DNA of 64,000 nt. Origin: a virus. The stretch is taken from the IMG/VR virus record IMGVR_UViG_3300048583_000198, positions 1 through 64,000 of that record; one strand, 5' to 3'. Shown here piece by piece: positions 29,201-37,705 of the stretch; the stretch's first letter is position 1; every line of letters begins with the position of its first letter. The notes under the pieces were generated by a model. It was given only the letters and a program-made list of their open reading frames with translations. It made no database searches and had not been told where the DNA came from. The position numbers were made by a program, and so were the translations under genes.

Positions 29201-30217
29201 AGCACGCGATTTGAGACCAGAAGCGGCTGCGGCCAGCCCTTGACGCACACCTGCGCCAATAGCCTGAGCTGAGTTCCTGACGAGTCCAGGAGCCCGCATA
29301 CCACCTGTGAACAGAGAACTGATAACGGCTGCTTCGCCAGTAGCCGCACCGACACCTTCCATTGGATCTCGACCGGCAAGCACGTTGTCGGCCACCGTTT
29401 GACCAATTGCCATGCCGCCTTCTTCGAACACTTCGGCACCGATGGCCGAGGCGGTAGGACGGATTGCATCGCCCAGGAACTGGGAAACAACGTTGGTGCG
29501 TCGACCCAGCGGATCGAGTTCGAATCCCGGAGTAAGCTTGCCAAGTACGGTACCCAAACCAGCACTGAATGCACCAGCCAGAAGTGCTTGACGTTCGGCT
29601 TCAGCTGGATCACCCGTCTCCTGCAAAGCTCGTTCATACGTTTGGCCATATGCACCAGCACCTTCCAAAACACCACTGAGTGCAGCCACGCGATTTATAG
29701 TAGCGAGTTCACCTGTACCGGTAGCTACACGGCTGAGCACTGTTGGAACAGCTGCTTTCGAAGCAACACCCATGGCTCGAGCAGCAGGACCGATCATCAG
29801 ATACGGAGTCTGCGAAGCCACATCAGCAATAACATTACCGCCGCTGAAGGTGTTGCCTACAGCTTCAACGAAGCCGGCTACTTCGCCTTCTTCAGCTGTA
29901 ACACGAGCATTACGGGCAGCATCATCTCTACGTTCAGCCAGATACGCAGGTGAACGGAGTTGATCAAGAGTCTGTGAGTTTCGAACGGCATCAGCCAGTT
30001 CATACGTTGGGAGAGTGGCCAGCGGAATGCTGCCAAGACTCTGCAACGTATCCAAGATACCAACGGCGGAATCGCCTACCGTGTTGCGATGACGATAGGC
30101 ATCGTTCTCTCGCAAGGCACCAACAAGGTCATTCGACTCGAGAACGGATGTGTCACGAAGTTCTGCCGACGACAGCAACTTGAGTTCTGGAAGCGAAGAC
30201 TTGATGTCGTCAGCCAT
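20240..30217 (-). CDS. virion-encapsidated RNA polymerase (N4 gp50-like vRNAP)
   Basis: 3325 aa, no Cys noticed on reading; motif A EIDGKTNG, motif B RDAGKLAVIPVQYG, motif C VFDG; synteny. Confidence 0.93.
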   Translation of the reverse strand: MADDIKSSLPELKLLSSAELRDTSVLESNDLVGALRENDAYRHRNTVGDSAVGILDTLQSLGSIPLATLPTYELADAVRNSQTLDQLRSPAYLAERRDDAARNARVTAEEGEVAGFVEAVGNTFSGGNVIADVASQTPYLMIGPAARAMGVASKAAVPTVLSRVATGTGELATINRVAALSGVLEGAGAYGQTYERALQETGDPAEAERQALLAGAFSAGLGTVLGKLTPGFELDPLGRRTNVVSQFLGDAIRPTASAIGAEVFEEGGMAIGQTVADNVLAGRDPMEGVGAATGEAAVISSLFTGGMRAPGLVRNSAQAIGAGVRQGLAAAASGLKSRAQTPEGAAVAAASEAIEATPNSEEVIQSTAAVEETVPDSTGSSGEPAVETAPVVSEPSTEENATQPTSYKLPVGEVAPAKSADSDVEAVLTANALETRADITRTEDGEVDEAQAKAIIQSEELATAGKIDEAKAQIAQKSDEEIAAAVEAANQGDVEAQQTVQAVAAVNIARLPIEAVPEPLKPLVQELKKIPAAVARPGPTSKTEETREQILNKGWENRSTGKAATRKRGMLDYINGIASALRVEGVSDTKAPIGAATKAAGFLQHLRARGEAFRKAGELVDLLRKPENVRKPEYAEYLKTNYVEVEGTATLDEDGKRVGNPFRIYISGRGSEASRNMVNEVLADVAEAERMWDTVAKTAPQLAAASMERAAAEKAKLDAIIAARQAAAQPQEESPNAAILAEAKKKAEEEAAQKKAETEAEREARAERAAIQATEKVEEERIARDEKKTKAAEAAARKDAAEKLAAEEKVRLEQEKEDAAEREAVRAYERDVEARLARENPPAEPAGVPDAGVDSNTAQESAPQPQTQNPLLAVTSWARDSLATWFNIDPANTVDGWLEKFKSMTVTRGEETSTAFDLYRSEAGALYQLLAGKGPKFKDGTRRGILQQGILDIAQSGKEDYLDKPYGVASALWQKEESGKMSVPDEVIKAFAWAGAIVMFRNSAKFTGELVDEQGRLSRDIFKEVWAQDIADVAMTLLGVTAKRSASLDISQGTFLSYGLSTLAALIESQNFDMKADFNPETDAWNNTNLRTLEATSDGTLSDASYMDTMQILVPTESARNAAKNNMNTIDAVQEQLDGERVWEAQSEPHTEVDNTIQYTRTKLSAPMQTALENLQKVRHGLFGDMYGMFTTLGDDLMKQVLTGWYGAVPEKDDGTVPSSVREWLKSQNERLTMEFAAVRKYHELTEGGAKGLFYKYHIGINNRVKTVMGPQNNKFVRDMFSSAEEELNLDDPNHAKYMQMTLAQAFGVKTDINDPASVLREWEKIRSKHAALAKKVWAARTDQAALLAALKENRDKPYSPRELAALLTYGRILAQDGKGTFTNYLMFEIDGKTNGAFNTELFFGLGVRNGANLEQGGLFLDKQDATYETERDRMREAYESDDFYGRINMRARYHFVKGLADLLKQYPNLINPLKGQLFLLEAAGLIEVLPQTKETPNMSVVFNGERVEVKGLPQVLFRRDAGKLAVIPVQYGGGPTGIKRQLWSDVVRNINLNWIKAKNELDRTTDETRRQQLVAQMGHLETLLRGHESFGMDVKQLSKAKNWDAVRWHRSLDGLASAMSKAYGGEKGRVVQVTNTLVKLTNFAYMMKKVQWDQKLQEWIKAKPENAALLEKYKKTGLYDLSRDEYDRLMSETIDLSFNTLNGPKTVSLNNTDFNPNATSITGLGTSMDANLDSPAPRPVGVSILALLTISGGDASMGVRFFQKAWNATNVFDGIDLKVTDIEAAGTALNEAVWATAGFDILNSFQGMVADMRILLDAATETERNALVDTFNSMQPNEKMFIEDFASWASRFNEAVDEFNQLHREQRTGQEELLAGKHTVYQMGGGGKFNTPGGEVRSSASLDFDFELSLEEDAPRTQVADISEVGPREAGRYPDQYKHPEATRIEDEEGFIDVIMKGPRWRGRNTFTAKPSLVNGMSAGLRRLVKVLQMAADAGVAYDSDKSVHPSAIRMYLRAKRAGIITFESRYSDAELEEKIRENQVLRTDNLQTDDGEPVFRNVRLTGKASVSTVKTDQGLKTSFEVNNKKLDRAAVIAALDAMKWKNAIHRTVWKRIRNLLPADLSVELADTEEAWNNTIEQRGMHKHRFSVTTGVASGSFIMLKVASPSVMLHELIHTIFTRHIDNFFSNINQVPVELRGPINDLVQLMERFKKLPAVGRVGFVQRVMTSYDWHGQPQDELGEMLAYVFTEDAVIEELSPGFVQRVINRVKQILRFIIKIEPANDFYNEAMDVFRSLTDSVPADARLVDGVSTRLSQHVPEDGLATLEQLTEDAYVDLFQRMAQGQNIQLAGVQRENLATQAMAVTAYNLSPEQQRLFTRVYTLLRVGQRSPELEQFVDATFSKHPQKNLFNKSPDVVAAVMALAAVEPTFGAQLNRLWAGRDEQTLADALIDKALNNAQQDSGGNMLNEAISAMLVEKDLEQSYYATVTSRLDRLGNRMMEKLGQKAADAAPRAPQYVDTLLKGIAALTTEKGAAAFGSGLIAAVNTHTDQRWLQDLVAALAGTKGDGRLIYRAHNAMMTAINQTRSMFDNTLPRELSKLFPEDFDGWNTLFEAFGRLDVSVLGSSAAEMYLNDAERRRMITVLESKVDNYIDAQNLGYYLVHRKPKPGIAQELLRNARAIADDLNGRRRTAPDSLVADADQLVTLYAIEYLAASERAKVGQYFRAHPESMDKLVGMLKHVKEAEQQHQRTEYRYVYWKDSLPMSTDPRSSVVIANGIKGAQLEQLGYIKGKKYPQTSGDPESDLYYYSRRYTPPPVFSQGIIATVQQTAMGINYTTAASVTPEVGTMLSNQQVVSYIQRTKGRDSNLVAVFNFQGEVMGYERMLDPTIVRESLKGNNTLLHVSIGKKLGRITEENMARRLNQEAIKLMVNQWKEGKDAGREAEYEMVNSSTDKQVARAWENIPADIKRDLADAFGGPVMVRKDLLANTIGYHNAGALEIYTGDASLNPDTRKILLGLIQTVFAGPKGTQIFLAAEQALKEGVATAKDLIIVRSLVVAYQNFQSAMHLVIANGVPPSRMAKWYRQGMREVQAYNRLQREVIQLRIQIAGTTDDVEKERLRTIQTAKRRSIERLSIYPLIEAGELSDLPEGLEESPSHSYLGDLAGWMNNHLREKVHPKAPTILANALFAKDSTLHDALSKAIQAGDFLARYAIFQHMIENGATVEKARDEVRDELISYQTNPGRMRASLETYGMIWWSQFTLRAQNVLLNRFRKNPFSFFVSQGLGNVVGTPGPLDGAIYERGIDNSTGLDQMWGSPTATIHSKVF

Positions 30218-30274
30218 GGTAAGTCCTGATTTTTCTCAACGGCGGGTTTAAGGCCCGACGAGGAGTATATCGAC

Positions 30275-31828
30275 TTACTGGAGACGAGCAAGCTCTGCTT
30301 TCAGCTTCGCCAGCTGTCGCTGTGCGTCTACCAGCACCTGACCGTTGATCTTTCGTTCTTGAACCAGGCGGGTGTACTCGTTCACAGACTGTTGAGCAAT
30401 ACCAATCTGAGCCTGCAACGAATCACGCTTAACGCCGGGATTGTTTTCGTAACGTTGACGAACTTCCTTTGGAATCTCGAGCGTGTTGTTGCTACTGGCA
30501 GCCGCCGCCGTAAGACGCAGATCTCGACCCAGCTTGGCCTTGTCCTTGGATGCGTTGGCATCAATCGCAGCCAGATCGGCTTCGACTTTCTCACGACCGC
30601 CCTTCGCATTGAGGTCAGCCACATCCGCGATGAGGGCCTTCGTGTTATCACCAATGACGCCAATGCTATCGAACGGAGTCATGCGATTGAGGGTGCTTTC
30701 CACAATGAAGTAGGCTTCCTCGCGCTTGATCTCCTGACCAAAGTTTTCCTTCGCGTAGTCCTGGATCAACTGGACACGCTGCTTGAAGTCTCCCGTGTCC
30801 CAGTCACGAGCAAGCCAGCCATCACCCGCACCCGTCTTCTTGATGAAGGCTTGTGCCGCATCTTCGTCGCCCATGCCCTTGTACGGATTCGGCGCAAGGA
30901 GTTGCGACGTACGCACAGCGGTGTCGTACTTCGACTTCTCGATACGAGTGTTCTCGTCGACTGCCGCCGCTTCCTTCGTGATGAAGTCGGTGTAAGCACG
31001 GGCACTGGTACCCGTCTTGGGGTCAATGCGATCCAGCTCCAGCTGGCTTGGCATGTTGCCAGCCAGACCAATGCCAGCCGCTTTTCGTGCGGTGTCGATC
31101 AAAGTCAACGGAGCACGATTGCGCTCAAGAATCTTGAGTACGGTTTCGTCACGATTGGCTTCGTCTTCCGCCAGACCTTCAGGCGTGGCGTAGTACTTGA
31201 TGATCTCGCTCAGAGCATTCTGACCGTTCTGTTCCTTGACACGATCCGCTCGAGCAGCTGCTGCCGCCTCACGACGGAGAGCAATCTCTTCGAGCTTGAT
31301 CTTGTTGTCGAGATGGTCTTTCGACCAACCGTCAATCGTGTCCAGGGCTTTCTGCCCAGCAACCGTTTGCCAACGAGGATCGCTCTTGTCGATTTCGAAC
31401 GGCTTGCCGTTGAGTGCAAGATCCCGATACGGCAAGGCCATGTCGGCGGCTTGTCGAATGTCTTCACGATCCTTCAACTGCGCATCGAGCATTTCAATGT
31501 TCTTGTTCGTGCTCTTGAGAGTTGCATCAACAACCTCAGCATCTTTCAGTTCTTTGGTACGCCCACTGGCGGCTTTGGCAATAGCCAAAGGATCAATGGT
31601 CCAGTCCTGAGGAGCAGCAGCAGCGGCAGCAGCCGGATCCTGGCTCAATGCAATGTCTGCAATGGCAGCGTCAGTAGCCGTCTTGATTTGCTGATTTCGA
31701 TTGTCGACAGCAACCTGGCCAATGTCTTTGATGCCCTGAGCGAGACGATCACCGCCTCGGCCAAACATTTCAATGGCAGCAGCATTGCCTCGGTAGGCGA
31801 CATCAGTCCACGTGATCGGACGAGCCAT
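30275..31828 (-). CDS. N4 gp51-like virion/ejection protein
   Basis: MARPITWTDV start; directly upstream of vRNAP. Confidence 0.75.
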   Translation of the reverse strand: MARPITWTDVAYRGNAAAIEMFGRGGDRLAQGIKDIGQVAVDNRNQQIKTATDAAIADIALSQDPAAAAAAAPQDWTIDPLAIAKAASGRTKELKDAEVVDATLKSTNKNIEMLDAQLKDREDIRQAADMALPYRDLALNGKPFEIDKSDPRWQTVAGQKALDTIDGWSKDHLDNKIKLEEIALRREAAAAARADRVKEQNGQNALSEIIKYYATPEGLAEDEANRDETVLKILERNRAPLTLIDTARKAAGIGLAGNMPSQLELDRIDPKTGTSARAYTDFITKEAAAVDENTRIEKSKYDTAVRTSQLLAPNPYKGMGDEDAAQAFIKKTGAGDGWLARDWDTGDFKQRVQLIQDYAKENFGQEIKREEAYFIVESTLNRMTPFDSIGVIGDNTKALIADVADLNAKGGREKVEADLAAIDANASKDKAKLGRDLRLTAAAASSNNTLEIPKEVRQRYENNPGVKRDSLQAQIGIAQQSVNEYTRLVQERKINGQVLVDAQRQLAKLKAELARLQ

Positions 31829-31830
31829 GG

Positions 31831-32328
31831 TTAACCCCTCATGCCGGAAGGTAGTTCAGCTTCCTTCAAGGCCGCCTGACGCTCTTCCTCGGTCGCATAC
31901 CAGCGACCCGTGGTGCGATCCTTCATCTGCGTGTTGTAGCTGTCCACCTGATTGGCCAGATTCGTCTTGAATGCCTTCTTCTCGAACTTGAGAGCATCCT
32001 TCGCAAGGCCCAGCTGCTGCAGACCGATGTAAGCATTGATGCCGCTACCGATGACGTTCGCCCAGTTGCCAATCGTCTGGCCATTCTTGCCGAACCAACC
32101 ACCGATCTTACCCAGACTGCCAAGGATACCGCCGCCACCAGGAGCAGTCGCAGCAGGTACAGCTGCCGTAAGAGCATCCCAGGAACCTTGGCCAAAAGCA
32201 GGAATCGTGCTCGGAGGAGCCATCACGCCCGTATTCGGGTTGAAACCCCCCGAAGAGGTCGGAAGACTGAGCTGGTTGAGATTGCCCCAGGTGTCGGGAA
32301 CGTAGTTACCGTTTGCATCAAAAGCCAT
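31831..32328 (-). CDS. N4 gp52-like small virion protein
   Basis: Gly-rich amphipathic segment then LAKDALKFEKKAF..N...QVDSYNT; synteny. Confidence 0.75.
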   Translation of the reverse strand: MAFDANGNYVPDTWGNLNQLSLPTSSGGFNPNTGVMAPPSTIPAFGQGSWDALTAAVPAATAPGGGGILGSLGKIGGWFGKNGQTIGNWANVIGSGINAYIGLQQLGLAKDALKFEKKAFKTNLANQVDSYNTQMKDRTTGRWYATEEERQAALKEAELPSGMRG

Positions 32329-32361
32329 GAGCGAATCCTCCGCAGATGTGCGTAGAGTGCT

Positions 32362-34662
32362 TTACTGGAGTCGAGGAGTCAATGTTATCTCGCTCATGAA
32401 CTCCACAGGAGCAATTAAGCGGTTTACTAAGGTATCAGTTGTCGATTGTGTTCGCGCTAACCAGTCTTCAAGTTTTTCAACCGGAGCTAGCCACATTTGA
32501 GCAGGTAAAGACAATTCAGGAAAATTCTCTTCCCAAAGTTCTTCAAGCTGCTTCATTTGAGTTTCACGTTCATCAGCATCTTCGCTCCACTTATCCCACT
32601 CTTCCTGGATGAGTTCCATTTCATATTGAGTGTATGCAGCGAGTCCCCCAAAAATAAATGATGCGGCGCTCATTAATTGTTGTGTAAGAGTGATTGGGGT
32701 AATGGGGATGTTTAAATAAATTTGACCCAATTGACCAATGCCCCAGGTCAATGCGACTGTGACAACAACTTGAACGATAGCCCCCCACACTGAGCCCCAT
32801 TGTTCTGCTGCCCATTCACCTGCTTCAACGGCCACATATTGAACTCCAATAACTACTGCAGTAACTACTACAGCAGTCAAAACCGTTGCAATTGCTGTTG
32901 CAGCGGCAATACTTAAAGTAGCTGGTAGCGCAGAGTAAATAGCTCCGTACAAAGCACCAACGGTCGGTCCCAGTGATCCAAGACTAATCACCGTAATTAC
33001 GAATGAAAAAGCTAACGTTACAAATTGAAAAAAACCGGTTTGATACCACTTTTCTTTTACGACTTTGTAGCAGTTAAAAACAATATGCAGCGCCTCTTGG
33101 GCAAGTTGTAGTTGTTCTCTTCCAGAAAGAGTGAGATAAGTTTCCATCTCAAGTGGAATAAGAAAACCAGTTCCAAAATCTCCATCGGGGTCGTTGAAAG
33201 CGTCCCATACGCCACTCGAAACGTATTTACCTTTGTAGACATAGTTTTCATGCCAAAGGCCGAAAATCATCAGCTCGGCATACGTTGATTCGGTAAGTCG
33301 CTTACGGATGTAAAACTTCGTGAAGTCGTAAGTTACTCGTTGAGTACCTTTACCTTTCCCGTAAGTAACTTCTTTTACAGAGTCTGTATCCCTACTGACT
33401 TCTGTTTCATAGGGTTGCGCTAAAGCTCCCGACTTTTCTTCATAAGTCATGTAACGCCAAGCAATTTCCATATTTACACATGATCCTGCGGTTTCCGGAT
33501 CAGTGATAGAAATGCTTTGAGAAGGGCAGATGTTGACTGATCGAACCGAAATAAAGTTGTACTTCGGATCTTTGTACGTGGGAATTTTTTCGTACCACGC
33601 ATCAAAAAGCGGTTTGTTGTCGGGCAAACTCAATCGTAAACGATTAAAGTAATTCCAGTGATATTCGTGAGCACACTGATTTGGTGATGCGATTTTTGTG
33701 CCTGGTTGAATAAACACATAGTCAATTTGCCCCTCATCTGGGCTTTCTTTGATTTGTGAAATCAAAGTAGGAATTTCTACACCAAGCTTACGTGCATACA
33801 CTTTGCTCGTTTTGTACGAACTAGTGTTTTTCCAAACACTTTCTGGAGGCGGTGAACCGGCATTCGAATGGAACTGCCACTCGTCAAACCAACGGTTGTT
33901 CTTCTTCAAAACAAGTCCTGGGAAGGTACCCGAACCATTTGTAGAAATGTTTTGAAGGAACAAATTTAATTGCGCATCTGACCCACCTTCAGTATAGGAA
34001 ATCGTTTGTGTAGGTCCGCCTGCTACAGAAATTTCAATAAATAGACGAGATTTGATGAGATCATCTTCGGTACTGAAGAGAGTTTTCAAATACCACTCAT
34101 CAAACGTGACAATCGTTGTATCAGGCTTTGTGAAAGTGAGACGCCAACCATATTCATCAGGATGATTAATAGGATCATCTTGAATAGCAAAAAGCGCCAA
34201 CGTCGAATCAACAGGAATACCAAATACTGTGGTGTGCACTCTTTGTAATGCAAAATCGTAGTTGTATTTAGTTTCAACTTGTTGATGCACAATTGTTTGA
34301 TGATTTGTAGTGCGAACAAGCGCAACAGATTTCAAATCAATAGAGCTTGGTGCATAGAGTGCTGTTAAATATTCAAGAGTCAGTACAGCAATCACATCTG
34401 GATCAGCAGAGTTGCTAATGTGAGCCAAACCGATGGGCAATCCTGAATAGTAGGATTTAGCTGCGTAAGCGTAAGCTTGCCGCAGCTTTATCCCTAGCCC
34501 ATCAATGATGGCTTTCTTGATTGCAACTGGTGTGTTTTGATTCTGAAGTTTAGAACCAATGACAGCAGTTTCAATCATGTCCGGAATTTTGTCCAACTCC
34601 GGACCCAACGGATAAATTACAGACGAGACGTAAATTGTTTCGTCACGGCTGAACAGTCCCAT
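32362..34662 (-). CDS. N4 gp53-like virion protein with hydrophobic C-terminal region
   Basis: MGLFS..TIYVSSVIY start, KEKWYQTGFF followed by hydrophobic helices. Confidence 0.8.
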   Translation of the reverse strand: MGLFSRDETIYVSSVIYPLGPELDKIPDMIETAVIGSKLQNQNTPVAIKKAIIDGLGIKLRQAYAYAAKSYYSGLPIGLAHISNSADPDVIAVLTLEYLTALYAPSSIDLKSVALVRTTNHQTIVHQQVETKYNYDFALQRVHTTVFGIPVDSTLALFAIQDDPINHPDEYGWRLTFTKPDTTIVTFDEWYLKTLFSTEDDLIKSRLFIEISVAGGPTQTISYTEGGSDAQLNLFLQNISTNGSGTFPGLVLKKNNRWFDEWQFHSNAGSPPPESVWKNTSSYKTSKVYARKLGVEIPTLISQIKESPDEGQIDYVFIQPGTKIASPNQCAHEYHWNYFNRLRLSLPDNKPLFDAWYEKIPTYKDPKYNFISVRSVNICPSQSISITDPETAGSCVNMEIAWRYMTYEEKSGALAQPYETEVSRDTDSVKEVTYGKGKGTQRVTYDFTKFYIRKRLTESTYAELMIFGLWHENYVYKGKYVSSGVWDAFNDPDGDFGTGFLIPLEMETYLTLSGREQLQLAQEALHIVFNCYKVVKEKWYQTGFFQFVTLAFSFVITVISLGSLGPTVGALYGAIYSALPATLSIAAATAIATVLTAVVVTAVVIGVQYVAVEAGEWAAEQWGSVWGAIVQVVVTVALTWGIGQLGQIYLNIPITPITLTQQLMSAASFIFGGLAAYTQYEMELIQEEWDKWSEDADERETQMKQLEELWEENFPELSLPAQMWLAPVEKLEDWLARTQSTTDTLVNRLIAPVEFMSEITLTPRLQ

Positions 34663-35747
34663 TACTGATCACCAGGCACATATGGATCAGCGTCAGCAGA
34701 CGGCGCACCAGTTGCAGGCGTATCTGGGTTGTTATACGCATGCGGCAGACCCAAGTTGTTGAGGTACTTGTTCATCGAAAGGATGAGGTTACCTGCCAAC
34801 GGTCCAGGGCTCTGCGTTGCATCATCGAGCGCCTTGGCAGAGGTCCACAAGTCAGCCACCATCTTGACTGCTTTGTTTTGACCATCATCCTTGTAGCTTT
34901 GGATCTGCTGCGTATAGAGCGACTTTTGTACACCCATAATGCCAGCCACTGGAGTGAGATCCGTGTTGGTATCGTAGGTTTGCGCACGCTGTACGTTTGC
35001 TTGACCAGTAAGCAGAAGCTGCTGCTTCTCAGCCGTAACCAAAGCCGCATCCTTAAGGGCAAAGTCCTTCTGCGCATGGCCACCGGGAGCACCACCACTA
35101 GGCATGGTGCTGTGAGTCTTGAGCCACGCATCATTGAATGACTCTTCGACAACTGCCTGCTGGGCTTCAGACAGGTTGATGTCCTGGAGGGTTTTCGTCA
35201 GCTGCATTTTGCCATTTGCATAGCTGAGCTGAGCCGTCACTGCATTCACCTGAGCAGTGTATGCATCCGCCTGCGCACGGAACATGGCGAGCTTTGCCGT
35301 TTCGATTTCAGCAACCAAACGGGCACGCTCGAGGAAAGCATTCTGTGTTTGAATCTGTACAAGCTTCGAAGACCAGTAGGACTGCTCACGACTGAGCAGG
35401 AACTGAAGAGCCTGCGGGAGTACTGTCTGGATAGCGGCAACGTAGACGTTGGCGATCTCACTCTTACCGATGATGCCATTGTCGTGCTGCGCAAGAATGT
35501 GCGCATTCACCGTGGTCATGATCTTGTCGAATACACCAGCACCGGAGACTGCACCCTGGGTGAGTTCCTCAACGGTGGGTTTGGCAACCTCGTCCTGAAG
35601 GTCGGCTGGCAATTCGCCAACACCAGGGATCGTCAGGACAGGCAGAGTTGGGAACTCTGGAAGCAGAGGCAACCCAGTGCTCAGACCTTCATGCAACGTT
35701 TCAGCCTCGGCCAAAGCTTCGGCTACCGTGGTGTAATCAAGCGCCAT
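34662..35747 (-). CDS. N4 gp54-like structural protein
   Basis: ELTQG.VSGAGVFD, GIMGVQKSLYTQQI; synteny. Confidence 0.8.
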   Translation of the reverse strand: MALDYTTVAEALAEAETLHEGLSTGLPLLPEFPTLPVLTIPGVGELPADLQDEVAKPTVEELTQGAVSGAGVFDKIMTTVNAHILAQHDNGIIGKSEIANVYVAAIQTVLPQALQFLLSREQSYWSSKLVQIQTQNAFLERARLVAEIETAKLAMFRAQADAYTAQVNAVTAQLSYANGKMQLTKTLQDINLSEAQQAVVEESFNDAWLKTHSTMPSGGAPGGHAQKDFALKDAALVTAEKQQLLLTGQANVQRAQTYDTNTDLTPVAGIMGVQKSLYTQQIQSYKDDGQNKAVKMVADLWTSAKALDDATQSPGPLAGNLILSMNKYLNNLGLPHAYNNPDTPATGAPSADADPYVPGDQ

Positions 35748-35819
35748 GAGTTGTGTTCCTCAGAAATGAGATCGGGCCAGGGATATTGAATCCCCGGCCC
35801 GAAGTGTAGCAGAACCGGC

Positions 35820-36356
35820 TTATTTGGCCAGCTCGTTGCCCAGAGCCTGGGCTTTGGCCAGCTCAGCCAGGTCTTCTGGCGTCGGCATCGGGTGATACAT
35901 GATGGCGTACTTCTTGAGCCACTGAGTGTTGAGGCGCTCAGGGGTTCCCGGCACACCGGTCGGCACCATGCTTGAGCGACAGAACATCTGCGCTTCCATG
36001 TGCTGGACCAGAATCTTGGGCATGTACCACTTGTAGCCAAATGGGATGGCCTTCGTGATCTGCCCCAACTTCCGGTTACCGACACTGACCAGAACACCCG
36101 TGGTTTCAGCATCAGCTGGATCCATGGAAGTAACAGTGACTGGGATCAAAGCCGTGGCTTCCTTGAGGAGACGCTCTTCTACCTGGGCCGGAGTCTCCTC
36201 TTTTGGCTTCGGGGCGGCAGCTGCAATGACATCCTGTCCGGACAGGAACTCGTCGATGTTCTGCTGGATCGTTTCTGCCTTCTGGGCCGGATGGTACTTA
36301 ATGCCCAATTCTTTGGCCTTGGCTCGGATTTCTTCGAGATCGAATTCAACGGTCAT
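35820..36356 (-). CDS. N4 gp55-like protein
   Basis: AKELGIKYHP start, EDLAELAKAQ end; GAGG RBS before ATG 36356. Confidence 0.78.
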   Translation of the reverse strand: MTVEFDLEEIRAKAKELGIKYHPAQKAETIQQNIDEFLSGQDVIAAAAPKPKEETPAQVEERLLKEATALIPVTVTSMDPADAETTGVLVSVGNRKLGQITKAIPFGYKWYMPKILVQHMEAQMFCRSSMVPTGVPGTPERLNTQWLKKYAIMYHPMPTPEDLAELAKAQALGNELAK

Positions 36357-36384
36357 GAGTGGCGTCCTCTGTGAATGAGATTTC

Positions 36385-36413
36385 ATTATGCATATAAATC
36401 ATTAAGATTTCAA
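36385..36413 (-). promoter_or_regulatory. sigma70-type late promoter
   Basis: TTGAAA-17 nt-CATAAT on - strand, in an AT-rich gap just after the capsid terminator. Confidence 0.65.
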
Positions 36414-36416
36414 CGC

Positions 36417-36444
36417 AAAAGAAAAGGGGCCTTGCGGCCCCTTT
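36417..36444 (-). terminator. intrinsic terminator after the major capsid gene
   Basis: AAAGGGGCC-GCAA-GGCCCCTTTTCTTTT. Confidence 0.85.
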
Positions 36445-36467
36445 CCTCACTCACTTGGAGTCCCAGG

Positions 36468-37688
36468 TTACACCGGGGCAACACCACGGAGCAGACCGAT
36501 CCAGTCGTTACGCTCGATGAGCGTGCCGTAGTAGAACTGGATGGAGGCCAGACCCTTGTTGCCGTACGGGTTGTCGAGGGTAACCATGTCCTTACCAGGC
36601 GGCTTGATGACCAGATTGAACTTCGGCGCTTCCGGCGAGTTCGTCTGGAAACCAATCGAGGTGAACGACTCCGCGCAGACCGCGAGGCAGTTGAACACAT
36701 CGTACCGGCTGGAGGTCGCGTAGTACCCAGGATTCGACGTGACCGAAGCACCGATCGGGCCAGTGGCCGAACCGTTGTGCTTGATCATTTCCTGGTGGAC
36801 GATCACACGGAAACCAGCAACCGCACCGATTTCACCTTCGAGGACGGTCGTCTGAGAAGCGTACTTCTCAACCGGCACGAACATCTCGGTGTCGTTGCTG
36901 TTCTTCATTTCCATGAAGGTCGTGATCAGCTCAGGCGGAATGAACAGCGCACGGCTGCCATTGACGGTCGCCGTGTCCGTCAGGGTCGAACCCTTCAGGA
37001 TGGTGAACCGCTTCGGGGCACGGTTGCTGTCCAGCGCAATGCTGAGGCGGATGACATCGTTGTAGTCGATGATCGCCGCACCAGCACCCTCAGCCGTGAC
37101 CGTGGCCAGCGACGTGGCGGTACCCGCATAGCGGACAACACCAGCACCGTTGATCAAGTCGAGCTGCAGGAGAGCTTCCTTCAGCTGCTCGGCACCCTTC
37201 ACCAGCTCGTCGGTGAAGTGGGTACGCATCGCCATGTCACTGTCGAACTGCGTGCTCTCGTCCGTCCAGTCAGCGAAGAAGCCGACTCGGGTGAGGTTGG
37301 CAGAGACCGACGTACGGGTGATACCGACGCGGTTCACGCGATCAGCACCTTCCGTCACGAGCGGGATCTTCGCCGTGATCACACCGAAGTCACGGCTGGA
37401 ACCATACAGGTTGCCGTAACCAGGATTGCCGCCACCAGCACCCGTCAGAGCCGCACCCGAGGCGTCGATGCCCTGGAGGTTCTGGTTCAGGTCGCTGAGC
37501 AGCGGGTAGTAGCGATACTTCGTGAACGTCTTGCCGTAGTGGGCCGGCTGGTTCTGGACCGAAGAGAGCTTCGAGAAGTGAGAGTACTTCACCGCCTCGA
37601 TGATCGCCTTGCGATTCAGATACTTGACGACTTCCTGCGTGCCGATGTCACTCGGAGTGCCCGGAGGGGCATTGTATTCCATAGCCAT
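36468..37688 (-). CDS. major capsid protein (N4 gp56 family)
   Basis: GNLYGSSRD, P.VTEGADRVNRVG, GEIGAV, NPYG..G; strong GAGG RBS. Confidence 0.95.
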   Translation of the reverse strand: MAMEYNAPPGTPSDIGTQEVVKYLNRKAIIEAVKYSHFSKLSSVQNQPAHYGKTFTKYRYYPLLSDLNQNLQGIDASGAALTGAGGGNPGYGNLYGSSRDFGVITAKIPLVTEGADRVNRVGITRTSVSANLTRVGFFADWTDESTQFDSDMAMRTHFTDELVKGAEQLKEALLQLDLINGAGVVRYAGTATSLATVTAEGAGAAIIDYNDVIRLSIALDSNRAPKRFTILKGSTLTDTATVNGSRALFIPPELITTFMEMKNSNDTEMFVPVEKYASQTTVLEGEIGAVAGFRVIVHQEMIKHNGSATGPIGASVTSNPGYYATSSRYDVFNCLAVCAESFTSIGFQTNSPEAPKFNLVIKPPGKDMVTLDNPYGNKGLASIQFYYGTLIERNDWIGLLRGVAPV

Positions 37689-37705
37689 GTTGCGTTACCT
37701 CAAGA

